Positions 1 to 9,947 of a stretch of 64,000 nucleotides of DNA are shown here, piece after piece. The stretch comes from Pseudoruegeria sp. (GTDB lineage: Bacteria > Pseudomonadota > Alphaproteobacteria > Rhodobacterales > Rhodobacteraceae). The stretch's first letter is position 1; every line of letters starts with the position of its first letter. The notes beneath the pieces were generated by a model. It saw only the letters and a program-made list of their open reading frames with translations. It ran no database searches and was not told the origin of the DNA. The stretch spans positions 54,727 to 118,726 of the forward strand of contig JBDWMA010000032.1 in assembly GCA_039972875.1 (NCBI GenBank), in the 5' to 3' direction. Both the position numbers and the translations under genes were made by a program.

Positions 1-525
1 GCTGAAATGATCCAGATCCGGTTCAACATTGATCGATATGCCGTGAAAGCTCACCCACTTGCGCAGGCGAATGCCAATGGCAGCAACCTTATCTTCGGCG
101 CACGCGCCTGTGATGGTCAAAGGTTTATCGTCCCGTTGCACCCAGACGCCAACACGTCCGTCCCGAATTTCGCCTTTGACGTTGAACTCGGCCAAAGTAG
201 CAATCACCCATTCTTCGAGCTGATGTACAAACTTGCGCACGTCCCGTCCGCGTTTGCCCACATCCAACATGACATAGGCGACGCGTTGGCCGGGGCCGTG
301 ATAAGTGTATTGTCCGCCTCTTTTGCTGTTATAAACAGGAAAGCGCTCCGGATCGGTCAAATCCTGAATGTTAGCACTGGTACCAGCCGTATACAGGGGG
401 GGATGCTCCACCAACCAGATACATTCTCCATGGGTGCCTGCGGCGATCCCATTGGCCCGTGCCTCCATAAATGAGACAGCGTCTTCATAGCTTAGCAGAC
501 CGTCATGCGTGATCCATTCGACCAT
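1..525 (-). CDS. lipB: Octanoyl/lipoyl transferase LipB (3' end truncated by window edge)
   Basis: The minus-strand frame is open from the window edge to ATG at 525. My translation reads [17 protein letters not shown]...[20 protein letters not shown]...[22 protein letters not shown], which shows LipB hallmark motifs. It is absent from the ORF track because it is open-ended. Confidence 0.9.
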   Translation of the reverse strand, partial: MVEWITHDGLLSYEDAVSFMEARANGIAAGTHGECIWLVEHPPLYTAGTSANIQDLTDPERFPVYNSKRGGQYTYHGPGQRVAYVMLDVGKRGRDVRKFVHQLEEWVIATLAEFNVKGEIRDGRVGVWVQRDDKPLTITGACAEDKVAAIGIRLRKWVSFHGISINVEPDLDHFS

Positions 526-691
526 GGTAAAGGGTTCCTTGCTGGGGCGTCGTTTGTGAATGATCTGATCCAAAGCAAATGTCCAGTGCTGTAGCGAGAA
601 GCGAGGAACGAAGGTTTTTTCACTTGGCACGCATTTTGCTCTTTTCAAGCGCGCGCCATAAAGCTACTACGCCCGCAACCACTGGACTATT

Positions 692-778
692 GCGGTCGTG
701 GCGGAATTGGTAGACGCGCAGCGTTGAGGTCGCTGTGAGGTAACACTCGTGGGGGTTCGAGTCCCCCCGACCGCACCA
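692..778 (+). tRNA. tRNA-Leu (anticodon GAG)
   Basis: 87-nt cloverleaf. Acceptor stem is GCGGTCG/CGACCGC. Anticodon stem is CAGCG/CGCTG with loop TTGAGGT (anticodon GAG). There is a long variable arm, T-arm GGGGG-TTCGAGT-CCCCC, discriminator A and an encoded CCA. Confidence 0.9.
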
Positions 779-799
779 TCTATAAATTCCCTCTGTGGA

Positions 800-1790
800 A
801 TTTTCCTTAGGCACACGAATAGAAATTCTATTGGGCCAGTTCTAGCTCCCTCAATTCAGCTGTATTGGATACCGACTGTAAGGGACGGTTTTTTCAGCTT
901 GAAAAGCTTTGCATTTCATAAATGCGTCGCTCTTGTCTTCCTACCAAACAGTTTCAGTCGGATTGCTGGCATCTATGATGAGATTGAGCAGCGCCTCGAT
1001 CTGTTTTCGAAGACTGCTAATTGGCGGGTGTTTGATTGACAATCTCGATGGCCTTATGGCCCTTATGGTCCCAAGCGTATTTGATCTTCTGCGTCATCAG
1101 ATTGATAATGATCTGCTGGTTTGTATCGCCCGCACGAGGTCGCCGACGTCATCTTCAATTTTATCGCGCGAAGGAATTTCCGCGGCTATCATAGGTCTTT
1201 GTCTATCAAAGATGGCAAATAAATCGTTAGGAAGAGCCCTTCTACCAAGGCAAGTGCAGCGCCACACAGCAATCGCCACAACTGACAAAACCATGCAAGG
1301 CGATGCCATCACGGTGTGCTTGTAGTCTTATATGATTTAACTGTGATCAACCGCTCATGATGGTCCTTAAGCCATAAAATGCCATATTCTCTGGCTACAA
1401 TTCCGGCCCGCGAAGTTTGAATAGCTCATGGTTTTGAGGACGATTTATTGTTTCACAACCCCAAATTGGCCATGGGGAAATCGGGAGAATATTTTAAGAA
1501 CCACTTTACCTCCGCCTCCACATAGAAATGACCTGAAGCACCATCCTCAAGAACCGTCCTCAATCACGCCCCGTATGATTTCGCCAACGTCTCGATCGGG
1601 AATAGTTCTTCTCCTTGACCTTTGATGGTCTCATACTCGTAGCCATAAGGCGCGTTGTGAATCCAACAGCTAGATTGCGTCCACAAAAAAGCACATGATT
1701 TTCACCAATTGCGCCACTCGGCCTAGGCGCTGGAAAACCGTGATCTCAAGGTCTGCATCGCGGAATTTATACTATTTCGCTGCGGCTGCC
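800..1790 (-). pseudogene. Degenerate coding remnants (unidentified, several frame breaks)
   Basis: About 1 kb has no intact ORF. Minus-strand translation gives protein-like pieces ended by stops or frame changes, e.g. CWIHNAPYGYEYETIKGQGEELFPIETLAKSYGA*, LRTVLEDGASGHFYVEAEVKWFLKYSPDFPMANLGL* and NQQIIINLMTQKIKYAWDHKGHKAIEIVNQTPAN*. Confidence 0.3.
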
Positions 1791-1808
1791 CCGATGTGTG
1801 CTTTTATA

Positions 1809-2600
1809 TCAGGATTCACCTCGCTCAATGACAATCCCGTAGAGATCATGCACAGCAGACCTGTCAGATTTGAGCCCGAAACCCTCAATAAGAGATTGAA
1901 CAGATGTAAAACTAGTTTCAGTTTCATGTTGCGTATGCGGCCAGTCGCTGCCCCAAACGACGTGGTCGTCTTCAAGTTTGTACAAAAGGGCAGAAGCATG
2001 GTCGCTCAGAGCAAATGAAGTACGGTAATGAGCGGAAAATTTGAAATAGAGCATTGAGGTATCGTGGAGGCTTTCCGTTGCCATGATCAATGGGTCTTGT
2101 TTTGGACTTTGCTCAGATGGCAAGCCGAAGTGGTCGACAACGATCCGAACACCCTGATCTGTCACGCGCGCAAGGACGGGCGCAAGCCTTGGGCCCTCGA
2201 GATGAACTTCAAGATGAAGATTACGTTGGCGCAATTTTCCGAGAAACATTTGGGCCGTTGCTGAAGTCAGGTCAGGTAGGTCTTTTCTGCGCACGAGATT
2301 CCACCGAACACCGCGCACCCCTGCGGCAACCAAACAGTCTAGCGTGTCGTCTTGGACATCCAGCGGCACAACCGCTACGCCAGCGAACCGCTTGGGGTCC
2401 AATTTTGCAAGGGCTGTACAGAGCTCGGAATTGTCGAATCCCAAGAAACTAACTTGAACAATAACACCACCTTTGATGCCGTGCCGTCCTTGAAGCTCTA
2501 GCCATTTTGACAGTGGAGCGGGTGATGGTGGCATGTAACGCGCATCAGGGACGGCGGTGACATTTTCATAGATATGCGCGTGGCAATCAAAGTTAATCAT
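1809..2600 (-). CDS. Amidohydrolase-2 family protein (LigI-type lactonase-like)
   Basis: 263-aa ORF. N-terminal metal motif DCHAHIY and C-terminal WGSDWPH are typical of the amidohydrolase_2 family. Confidence 0.8.
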   Translation of the reverse strand: MINFDCHAHIYENVTAVPDARYMPPSPAPLSKWLELQGRHGIKGGVIVQVSFLGFDNSELCTALAKLDPKRFAGVAVVPLDVQDDTLDCLVAAGVRGVRWNLVRRKDLPDLTSATAQMFLGKLRQRNLHLEVHLEGPRLAPVLARVTDQGVRIVVDHFGLPSEQSPKQDPLIMATESLHDTSMLYFKFSAHYRTSFALSDHASALLYKLEDDHVVWGSDWPHTQHETETSFTSVQSLIEGFGLKSDRSAVHDLYGIVIERGES

Positions 2601-2681
2601 TTTTGCCTTCTCCTCTATTCATCTATATGACTAGTTGACTGTATGGGTCAATCTCGTATATGCGTCTTTCAGGAGGAATTT

Positions 2682-3413
2682 ATGACTACAGGTTTAAACA
2701 CTACAGATGATCGGCTTCCGGCATATGTGCGGTTACGTGATACGCTGACGTCTCGCATTGCAAATGGTGAGTGGACAGCAGATCAGCCCATTCCTTCTGA
2801 AGCACGCCTCGCGAAAGAATACGGCTTGTCTATTGGTACAGTGCGCAAGGGCGTTGACGGTCTTGTCAGCGAGGGCCTACTGGAGCGACGCCAAGGCTCC
2901 GGCACTTTCGTTAAAGCCCCTTCGTTTGACGCTACTCTTTTTCGGTTTTTCCAATGGCGAGAAGCGGATGGAGCGCAATTGTCGATCCCGTCTAGTCAGT
3001 TAATTCTTCGCAGTGCTAGCACCGCTCCTACCGAGGCCGCGGACGCATTGGGCACATCTGATGTCATCAAGATTGTGCGCTTACGAAGTCTGTCCGACCT
3101 TCCAGTACTGTTTGAGGAAATCTACATCCCAACCGCCCAGTTCACCGGCTTTGAGAGCTTGCCGGAGACCTCGTTAGGTCCGTTGCTCTACCCTCTGTAT
3201 TTTGAACATTTCGGGGTTTTAGTGAAACGGGCCATCGATGATCTGTCATTCGGCACAGCCACCGAATCCGTGGCCCCACAGTTGCGAGTGCAGACGGGCG
3301 ACCCGCTCGCCGTAATCCGCAGAACGGCCTTTGATATCGAAGGCAAACCTGTTGAATGGCGGATTGCTCGCGGAAGTGCTGCTAAATTCCGCTATCGCAG
3401 CGAAATTATCTAA
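2682..3413 (+). CDS. GntR-family transcriptional regulator, HutC/UTRA subfamily
   Basis: SD AGGAGG lies upstream of ATG 2682. It has a winged-helix N-terminus (ARLAKEYGLSIGTVRKGVDGLVSEGLLERRQGSGTFV) and a UTRA-like C-terminal half. It is divergent from the amidohydrolase gene. Confidence 0.85.
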   Translation: MTTGLNTTDDRLPAYVRLRDTLTSRIANGEWTADQPIPSEARLAKEYGLSIGTVRKGVDGLVSEGLLERRQGSGTFVKAPSFDATLFRFFQWREADGAQLSIPSSQLILRSASTAPTEAADALGTSDVIKIVRLRSLSDLPVLFEEIYIPTAQFTGFESLPETSLGPLLYPLYFEHFGVLVKRAIDDLSFGTATESVAPQLRVQTGDPLAVIRRTAFDIEGKPVEWRIARGSAAKFRYRSEII

Positions 3414-3441
3414 ATTTCCAATGCACTTAGGGAGAGAGACT

Positions 3442-4392
3442 ATGAATATCAAAACTACGTTCATCAGCTTGACTGCGGCTGCAGCCTTAGCGGGCCCAGC
3501 GAACGCAGAATACCCAGAACGAGCTATCGAACTGACCATTCCAGCGGGTGCAGGCGGCGGCACAGATACAAGTGCCCGCAAATTGGCGATCCTTCTGGAA
3601 GAGGCACTTGGCACCTCTATTGCCGTGCTGAACGTTGGCGGAGGGGGAGGCTCTGTTGGTGCCTCACAGTTCATGCAGGTCAAACCGGATGGCTATTCCC
3701 TTTTCGCAACATGGAACAGCCCATTGACCACCGTGCCTCAGGTACAAAACGTAGCCTATTCTCTCGACAGCTTTACTCCTATCGCGTCGACATCTGAAAC
3801 CGCGTATACTCTTTGCGTCAATGCGGACTTCCCTGCTGCGACGGGTGAGGAATTCCTCGCTGAACTAGCTGCAAACCCCGCCAAATACACATACGGGAAT
3901 GACGGCATCGGCGGTACGATGCAGCTTGCGGCAGAACGTGTTTTCCAATCCAAAGGGATCGAGGCCATTGCCATTCCATTTGGCGGAGCCGGTGAGACAC
4001 TTCAGAACTTCCTAGGGGGCCATGTCAATATCTATGGCGGGTCAATCTCTACCGTTCTCCCCTATGTCGAAACCGGCGAAGCAAAATGCCTATTAGTAAC
4101 ATCAGCCAATGACGTACCGGCACTGCCGCAAGCCTCCGGATTAGAAGCACTGGGTATGGGCGACAAGGAAACCCTTCTGTGGCGCGCAATCCTTGGGCCA
4201 AAAGATCTGGACCCAGCAATCGTGACAAAACTGGCTGATATCATCGAAGCCGCTGTCAACGATCCGAGCTATGTCGAGTTTCTGGCCACCAAGGGTGAAA
4301 TCCCGAACGTGGTCAAGGGTGCAGATCTTGGTGCTCGTCTGCAGGCCGAATTCGACGCGCTTGCAGAGGTTTCCAACGGTCTCGGGCTGTAA
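3442..4392 (+). CDS. tctC: Tripartite tricarboxylate transporter substrate-binding protein (TctC/Bug family)
   Basis: Start moved to ATG 3442 after GGGAGAGAG. Signal peptide is MNIKTTFISLTAAAALAGPANA. It resembles Bug-family proteins and lies upstream of tctB and tctA. Confidence 0.85.
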   Translation: MNIKTTFISLTAAAALAGPANAEYPERAIELTIPAGAGGGTDTSARKLAILLEEALGTSIAVLNVGGGGGSVGASQFMQVKPDGYSLFATWNSPLTTVPQVQNVAYSLDSFTPIASTSETAYTLCVNADFPAATGEEFLAELAANPAKYTYGNDGIGGTMQLAAERVFQSKGIEAIAIPFGGAGETLQNFLGGHVNIYGGSISTVLPYVETGEAKCLLVTSANDVPALPQASGLEALGMGDKETLLWRAILGPKDLDPAIVTKLADIIEAAVNDPSYVEFLATKGEIPNVVKGADLGARLQAEFDALAEVSNGLGL

Positions 4393-4395
4393 TTG

Positions 4396-4845
4396 ATGGA
4401 AAAGCGTCAAGATATCGTGCTCGGTCTCATCTTTGTGGTCCTAGGTATAGCAGCCGCATGGATAGCAACCTCCTATAATGGCGCCGGCGGTATCTATCCT
4501 ATGGTGCTTGGCGCCATCTTGACGCTTCTCGGCGGAACGGTCACCTTAAAGGCCGTCCGCGCAGGATCAACAGAGGCACGCATTCTCATTAATGCACCCT
4601 CCAAGATGATCACGGCGGTTACCATCGCCATTATCTATGTCGCGCTTGTCCTGCCACTTGGCTTTTATTCATCTTCCTTCCTGTTAATGCTTGCGTTGCC
4701 AATCGCTTTAGGATTTCGGCAAGGGGTTTACGCATTGATCGTGGCTGCTGTGTTCATGTTAATCGTTTACCTCGTCTTCTCGGTCCTTTTGGAAAAACCC
4801 TTGCCCAGAGAAGCTTTGGCACCACTGCTTGGGTTTGGAGGCTAA
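4396..4845 (+). CDS. tctB: Tripartite tricarboxylate transporter small membrane subunit TctB
   Basis: About 150 aa with four hydrophobic helices, sandwiched between tctC and tctA. Confidence 0.75.
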   Translation: MEKRQDIVLGLIFVVLGIAAAWIATSYNGAGGIYPMVLGAILTLLGGTVTLKAVRAGSTEARILINAPSKMITAVTIAIIYVALVLPLGFYSSSFLLMLALPIALGFRQGVYALIVAAVFMLIVYLVFSVLLEKPLPREALAPLLGFGG

Positions 4846-4848
4846 ATC

Positions 4849-6351
4849 ATGGAATTCTATACTCAAGCTCTCAGCAATGTCCTGACGGTTTGGCCGTTGA
4901 TGGCAATGATTGGCGCGACCCTATTGGGCGTGTTTATCGGGGCACTGCCTGGATTAAACCCGGTTATGGCCATCGCATTGTTGCTTCCGCTGACCTATTC
5001 GATGGATCCACTTGTTGCTCTGGCGATGGTGGCCGGAATTTACAATGGCTCTATGTATGGCGGTGCGATCCCCGCGATTCTGCTGCGCATACCCGGTACA
5101 CCTGCTTCGATTGCCACAACATTTGATGGCTTTCCTATGGCCGACAAAGGTGAGGCAGCCAAAGCGTTGAAAATCGCTTGTTGGTCTTCGGCGATAGGTG
5201 GCATTGCCAGTGCAATTGCATTGATGACAGTTGGCCCGCTTCTCGCACGGGTCACGCTCTTCTTTGGTCCAGCTGAGTATTTTTGGATCGCCATCTTCGG
5301 AATGGCTTCTGTGGGTGTTATGGTTGGATCTGACCCGGTCAAGGGTATCATGGCTGCGGTTCTGGGTCTACTCATCGGCACCGTTGGGATCGACAGTCTC
5401 TCCGGCCAAGCCCGCTTTACCTTCGGACAAACATGGATGCTGGGCGGGCTTGATTTGATTGTTGTTCTTGTTGGTCTCTACGCATTGCCACCGGTTCTGC
5501 AATTGGCTGAAAAATGCGACCTGAAGGGGCTGTCTGCCGCCCAACTCAAACTGACTGACGTTCCGTTCAAACCCGGAGAAATCCGATCACTGGTTCCAAC
5601 GTGGATCCGGTCTTCGGGAATCGGGATCGGTGTCGGCATTCTACCCGGTGCAGGCGGCAATATTGCTGCATTCCTTAGCTATAACGCTGCCAAGAATGCA
5701 TCCGGTGACCCTGACAGCTTTGGCAAAGGCAACCCACAAGGTGTAGCCGCTGCAGAAAGTGGGAATAATGCCGACAACGCAGCATCCATGATCCCTGCGC
5801 TTGCTTTGGGTATACCCGGCAATGTTGTAGCGGCGCTTGTCCTAAGTGCATTGACAATCCATGGGTTACAACCCGGACCGCAACTCTTTCACCAAAACCC
5901 GATCCTTGTTGGTGGGTTCATGATGGAAATGCTGATCACATCGCTGCTAATTTTTTTGCTTGGCGGTGCTGTCGCGACACGCATATTCGCACAATTCCAA
6001 AGGCTACCCGGCGTGTTATTGGTGCCATCAATCCTGATCCTAATGTGTGTAGGCGTCTATGTGATAAACGGAAGACCCATTGACCTTTGGGTGATGTTGC
6101 TGGCAGGCGTAGCGGGATACTTCCTTGAGAAAGTGAACGTTCCATTAGCCCCCATCATATTAGGGATGATCCTTGGGCCGATGGCCGAACAAAGTGTAAG
6201 ACGTGCTCTGTTGATCAGCCGGGGAGACGCTACCGAATTGCTGACCCGCCCGATATCTGCGGCATTGGCCGTTGCTACAATTATTGTGATCGCATGGCCC
6301 TTGATCAAAGCCATTCGGCGAAAAAGAACTGTATTATCCGACGTTGAATGA
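4849..6351 (+). CDS. tctA: Tripartite tricarboxylate transporter permease TctA
   Basis: 500-aa polytopic membrane protein with typical TctA length and sequence character (GALPGLNPVMAIALLLPLTY). Confidence 0.85.
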   Translation: MEFYTQALSNVLTVWPLMAMIGATLLGVFIGALPGLNPVMAIALLLPLTYSMDPLVALAMVAGIYNGSMYGGAIPAILLRIPGTPASIATTFDGFPMADKGEAAKALKIACWSSAIGGIASAIALMTVGPLLARVTLFFGPAEYFWIAIFGMASVGVMVGSDPVKGIMAAVLGLLIGTVGIDSLSGQARFTFGQTWMLGGLDLIVVLVGLYALPPVLQLAEKCDLKGLSAAQLKLTDVPFKPGEIRSLVPTWIRSSGIGIGVGILPGAGGNIAAFLSYNAAKNASGDPDSFGKGNPQGVAAAESGNNADNAASMIPALALGIPGNVVAALVLSALTIHGLQPGPQLFHQNPILVGGFMMEMLITSLLIFLLGGAVATRIFAQFQRLPGVLLVPSILILMCVGVYVINGRPIDLWVMLLAGVAGYFLEKVNVPLAPIILGMILGPMAEQSVRRALLISRGDATELLTRPISAALAVATIIVIAWPLIKAIRRKRTVLSDVE

Positions 6352-6575
6352 ACACAGTGTGAATGGTCTCATACTGTGGCTTGCTGCGAAACGCAGACAA
6401 CCATGGATGACACAGCATCGGTCAAAATTAACTCATACCGGTCATTCACGGCAAACTGGGTCAATGACAATTTCGGCTCCCGTTTGTAGTCTTGACTGAT
6501 GGCATTGCGCTTGCAGTCGCAGCCGCCAATAACCACCTTAAGTTGATAACAGTAAATCAAAAAGGATTAGAAAGA

Positions 6576-6680
6576 ATGGGAAAAGGTCAAGGAAACGGTG
6601 GCGGATGGCCAAGTCAGACAGGAAACCCCTCTGGCGGTGGTCGCTCAAACGGATCATCTAGCGGTGGTAGTGGCAAATAA
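6576..6680 (+). CDS. Candidate 34-aa glycine-rich micro-protein (MGKGQGNGGGWPSQTGNPSGGGRSNGSSSGGSGK)
   Basis: ATG at 6576 is preceded by AGGA about 9 nt upstream. It lies inside a 0.7-kb intergenic region. There is no homology evidence, so it could be a chance ORF. Confidence 0.2.
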   Translation: MGKGQGNGGGWPSQTGNPSGGGRSNGSSSGGSGK

Positions 6681-6819
6681 TATATTTCATGGCTATCATC
6701 TTATCGGTAGCCGTGAATTCTTCTCCAAAAAACAACTCGATCTACGCAACGAATTGTCAGTCACCCTCTCAATAACACTCCTTTATTGACACCGGTGCGA
6801 AATCGCCTGTCCTTTCGCG

Positions 6820-6837
6820 CCCCCCCCCAAAAAAAAA
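6820..6837. repeat. Back-to-back homopolymer tract C9 A9
   Basis: Read directly: gcg CCCCCCCCC AAAAAAAAA ggcccc. It is intergenic, about 220 bp upstream of the cycA start. Confidence 0.95.
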
Positions 6838-7058
6838 GGCCCCTATAAAACCTATTAAGTTGCTAAAGGTTTTTTGGCTCCACCATGAAAACCGACTTTG
6901 TCGCTATTTGCGGCATCTTGTTCATTAAGATCAATTTATCTATTTCTCCCTGTGAACAAAATTCCTGGTCCCCTGCGACAATCCTCCTGTTTCCCCGGCG
7001 TGCAATTGAACTAATGTCTTTATAAGGAACGCGTAAGACTTAGCCAAAGGCAATTGAT

Positions 7059-7475
7059 ATGCTCAAAACACTACTCATTTCATTCACCGCAATAGCTCTG
7101 GTCTCCCCCGCCTTTGCCGAAGGGGATGCCGCCAAGGGCGAAAAATCCTTCAAAAAATGTAAGGCCTGCCACATGATTGCGGATGGGGACAACATCATCT
7201 TTAAAGGCGGTAAAACCGGCCCAAATCTGTATGGTGTCCTTGGCCGCACGGCAGGCACCGTTGAAGGGTTTAGATATGGGGAAGACATTGTCGCAGCCGG
7301 TACAGCCGGCCTTGTGTGGGACACAGACAATCTGGTGAGCTACTTAGCAAACCCAAAGGGTTTTCTACAAGAAACCCTTGATGATTCCGGGGCAAAATCA
7401 AAGATGTCATTCAAGCTCGCAAAAGGTGGCGAAGACATCGTTGCATACCTTGGATCCGTCGCTCCAGCTCAATAA
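7059..7475 (+). CDS. cycA: Soluble class I cytochrome c (c2/c550-like)
   Basis: Signal peptide MLKTLLISFTAIALVSPAFA, heme-binding CKACH motif and a distal Met region (KSKMSF). Confidence 0.9.
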   Translation: MLKTLLISFTAIALVSPAFAEGDAAKGEKSFKKCKACHMIADGDNIIFKGGKTGPNLYGVLGRTAGTVEGFRYGEDIVAAGTAGLVWDTDNLVSYLANPKGFLQETLDDSGAKSKMSFKLAKGGEDIVAYLGSVAPAQ

Positions 7476-7618
7476 CCAAGCTATATTAGAAAAAAATGCG
7501 CGCTGCGGCGCTCTGATACATTGCTCCCGCGCCTCTTGATGCTTAAGAGAGGTGCGGAACGCGTTGCAGGGACGACTCCCCCTGTGGCTAAACGAATTTT
7601 GGGACTGGGAGGCACTAC

Positions 7619-9289
7619 ATGGCGGACGCAGCCATTCAAGGCCACGAACACCATGACGATCGCGGGTTTTTTACCCGCTGGTTCATGTCAACAAACCACA
7701 AGGACATCGGGATTCTCTATCTCTTTGTTGCCGGTGTGGTTGGATTTATCTCTGTAGCCTTTACGGTCTACATGCGCTTGGAACTGATGCACCCTGGTGT
7801 GCAGTACATGTGTCTGGAGGGCGCCCGTTTTATTGCCTCCTCTGACGTCTGTACTCCAAACGGACACCTCTGGAACGTGATGATCACTTATCACGGCGTT
7901 CTGATGATGTTCTTTGTGGTTATCCCAGCCCTGTTTGGCGGTTTTGGTAACTACTTTATGCCGCTGCAAATCGGTGCGCCGGACATGGCGTTCCCCCGGA
8001 TGAACAACTTGTCCTTCTGGATGTATGTCACCGGCGTTTGCCTTGGGGTTGCTTCGATCTTATCCCCAGGCGGCAATGACCAACTTGGTTCTGGCGTGGG
8101 CTGGGTTCTTTACCCACCGCTCTCTGTGAACGAAGGCGGCATGTCTATGGACCTCGCAATCTTTGCGGTTCACGTCTCTGGCGCCTCTTCGATCCTGGGT
8201 GCGATCAACATGATCACAACCTTTCTAAACATGCGTGCGCCGGGTATGACTCTGCACAAAGTACCGCTGTTTGGTTGGTCGATCTTTGTTACCAGCTGGT
8301 TGATTTTGCTGTCTTTGCCTGTTTTGGCGGGCGCGATCACAATGCTTCTGACAGACCGTAACTTTGGAACAACCTTCTTTGATCCATCTGGTGGCGGCGA
8401 TCCGATCCTGTATCAGCACATCCTGTGGTTCTTTGGACACCCCGAAGTTTATATCATCATCGTACCGGGCTTTGGGATCATCTCTCAGGTGATTGCAACA
8501 TTCTCGAAGAAGCCAATCTTTGGCTACCTGCCCATGGTATATGCGATGGTCGGTATTGGTGTTCTGGGCTTCGTTGTTTGGGCCCACCACATGTACACCG
8601 TTGGCATGAGCCTGACGCAGCAATCCTACTTTATGCTCGCCACAATGGTGATCGCGGTGCCCACTGGCATTAAGATCTTCTCTTGGATTGCGACCATGTG
8701 GGGCGGTTCGGTTGAGTTCAAAACACCTATGCTTTGGGCGTTTGGCTTCTTGTTCCTGTTCACCGTTGGTGGTGTAACTGGTGTGGTATTGTCTCAGGCT
8801 GCGGTAGACCGTGCCTATCACGATACATACTACGTTGTTGCACACTTCCACTATGTGATGTCCTTGGGCGCGATCTTCTGTATCTTTGCAGGGATCTATT
8901 ACTGGATCGGCAAAATGTCCGGACGTCAGTATCCTGAATGGGCAGGTAAACTGCACTTCTGGATGATGTTCATCGGTGCCAACCTGACATTCTTCCCACA
9001 GCACTTCTTGGGTCGTCAGGGCATGCCACGTCGTTACATCGACTATCCAGAAGCCTTTGAGTTCTACAACACACTCTCAAGCTATGGTGCTTTCCTGTCG
9101 TTCGCGTCTTTCGTCTTCTTCATCGGGATCATTTTCTACACATTGACCCGCGGTGAAAAAATCACCGAAGACAACTACTGGAACGAATATGCGGATACAC
9201 TGGAATGGACACTGCCGTGCCCTCCTCCAGAGCACACATTCGAGACTCTGCCAAAGCAAGAGGACTGGGACAAAGGCCCCGCCCACTAA
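7619..9289 (+). CDS. ctaD: Cytochrome c oxidase subunit I
   Basis: 556 aa with heme-copper oxidase signatures [19 protein letters not shown] and [10 protein letters not shown]. Confidence 0.97.
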   Translation: MADAAIQGHEHHDDRGFFTRWFMSTNHKDIGILYLFVAGVVGFISVAFTVYMRLELMHPGVQYMCLEGARFIASSDVCTPNGHLWNVMITYHGVLMMFFVVIPALFGGFGNYFMPLQIGAPDMAFPRMNNLSFWMYVTGVCLGVASILSPGGNDQLGSGVGWVLYPPLSVNEGGMSMDLAIFAVHVSGASSILGAINMITTFLNMRAPGMTLHKVPLFGWSIFVTSWLILLSLPVLAGAITMLLTDRNFGTTFFDPSGGGDPILYQHILWFFGHPEVYIIIVPGFGIISQVIATFSKKPIFGYLPMVYAMVGIGVLGFVVWAHHMYTVGMSLTQQSYFMLATMVIAVPTGIKIFSWIATMWGGSVEFKTPMLWAFGFLFLFTVGGVTGVVLSQAAVDRAYHDTYYVVAHFHYVMSLGAIFCIFAGIYYWIGKMSGRQYPEWAGKLHFWMMFIGANLTFFPQHFLGRQGMPRRYIDYPEAFEFYNTLSSYGAFLSFASFVFFIGIIFYTLTRGEKITEDNYWNEYADTLEWTLPCPPPEHTFETLPKQEDWDKGPAH

Positions 9290-9309
9290 GGGCGGCCGGT
9301 TAGAACCCA

Positions 9310-9861
9310 ATGCCGATTGAATGGCACATCAATCCAGACGGGGCCCCGGAACATTCCGGGGCCCTTTCTTATGGGCATGCCTCAGGTGTTCCCTATGCGC
9401 GGGTCACGCTCTGGCCACATCAATCCCTGACTCCATTTGGTTTTGTGCTGTTTATCGGAATAACCGCTGGGCTGTTTCTAATGCCGCTGCTGGCCGTTCT
9501 CGGATCCCCAATCCTTTGGGCGTTGCTGCCATTTCTTCTGTTTACGATCATGGGGGTTTGGTACGCCATTCGTCGTAATCAGAAAGACGCCCAAAAGACC
9601 GAGGTCTTGACCCTGTGGTCTGATAAGATCACGCTGCACCACACCGCAGGCCGCACCCCCACCCAAACGTGGGAGGCCAACCCCTATTGGATCAGTACCG
9701 AGATCATTCCAACAGGTGGACCTGTGCCAAACTACCTAATCCTAAAGGGCGGCCCCAGAACGGTAGAGCTTGGTGCCTTCCTCTCAGAGGAGGAACGCCC
9801 TGCCCTGCGCCATGACCTTGACCGTCATATCGGCCGCGCCCTCAGTCATACTAGCCACTGA
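9310..9861 (+). CDS. Two-TM membrane protein, DUF2244-like
   Basis: 183 aa with two adjacent TM helices, immediately downstream of ctaD. The family name is recalled from memory, not searched. Confidence 0.55.
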   Translation: MPIEWHINPDGAPEHSGALSYGHASGVPYARVTLWPHQSLTPFGFVLFIGITAGLFLMPLLAVLGSPILWALLPFLLFTIMGVWYAIRRNQKDAQKTEVLTLWSDKITLHHTAGRTPTQTWEANPYWISTEIIPTGGPVPNYLILKGGPRTVELGAFLSEEERPALRHDLDRHIGRALSHTSH

Positions 9862-9947
9862 GATGCCCTGCGCGCCCGTTGGGTGGCCCGTGATACATTC
9901 CGATCAAACCAAGCCCGGTCTACATCAGCCCCATTTAAGCGCCCGCT

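Noticed and set aside
7-474. 155-aa plus-strand ORF at the left edge
   Set aside because: It is the antisense shadow of lipB. The minus strand gives a textbook LipB sequence across the same bases.
6369-6560. 63-aa minus-strand ORF in the tctA-cycA spacer
   Set aside because: It has no SD, an odd Cys/Val composition and no supporting context.
8225-9004. 259-aa minus-strand ORF inside ctaD. The same applies to 22070..22723 in ilvC, 30117..30839 in the PPDK-like gene and 31589..32290 in glyS.
   Set aside because: These are antisense ORFs within confidently identified genes. They have low-complexity Arg/His/Pro-rich translations and no start context.
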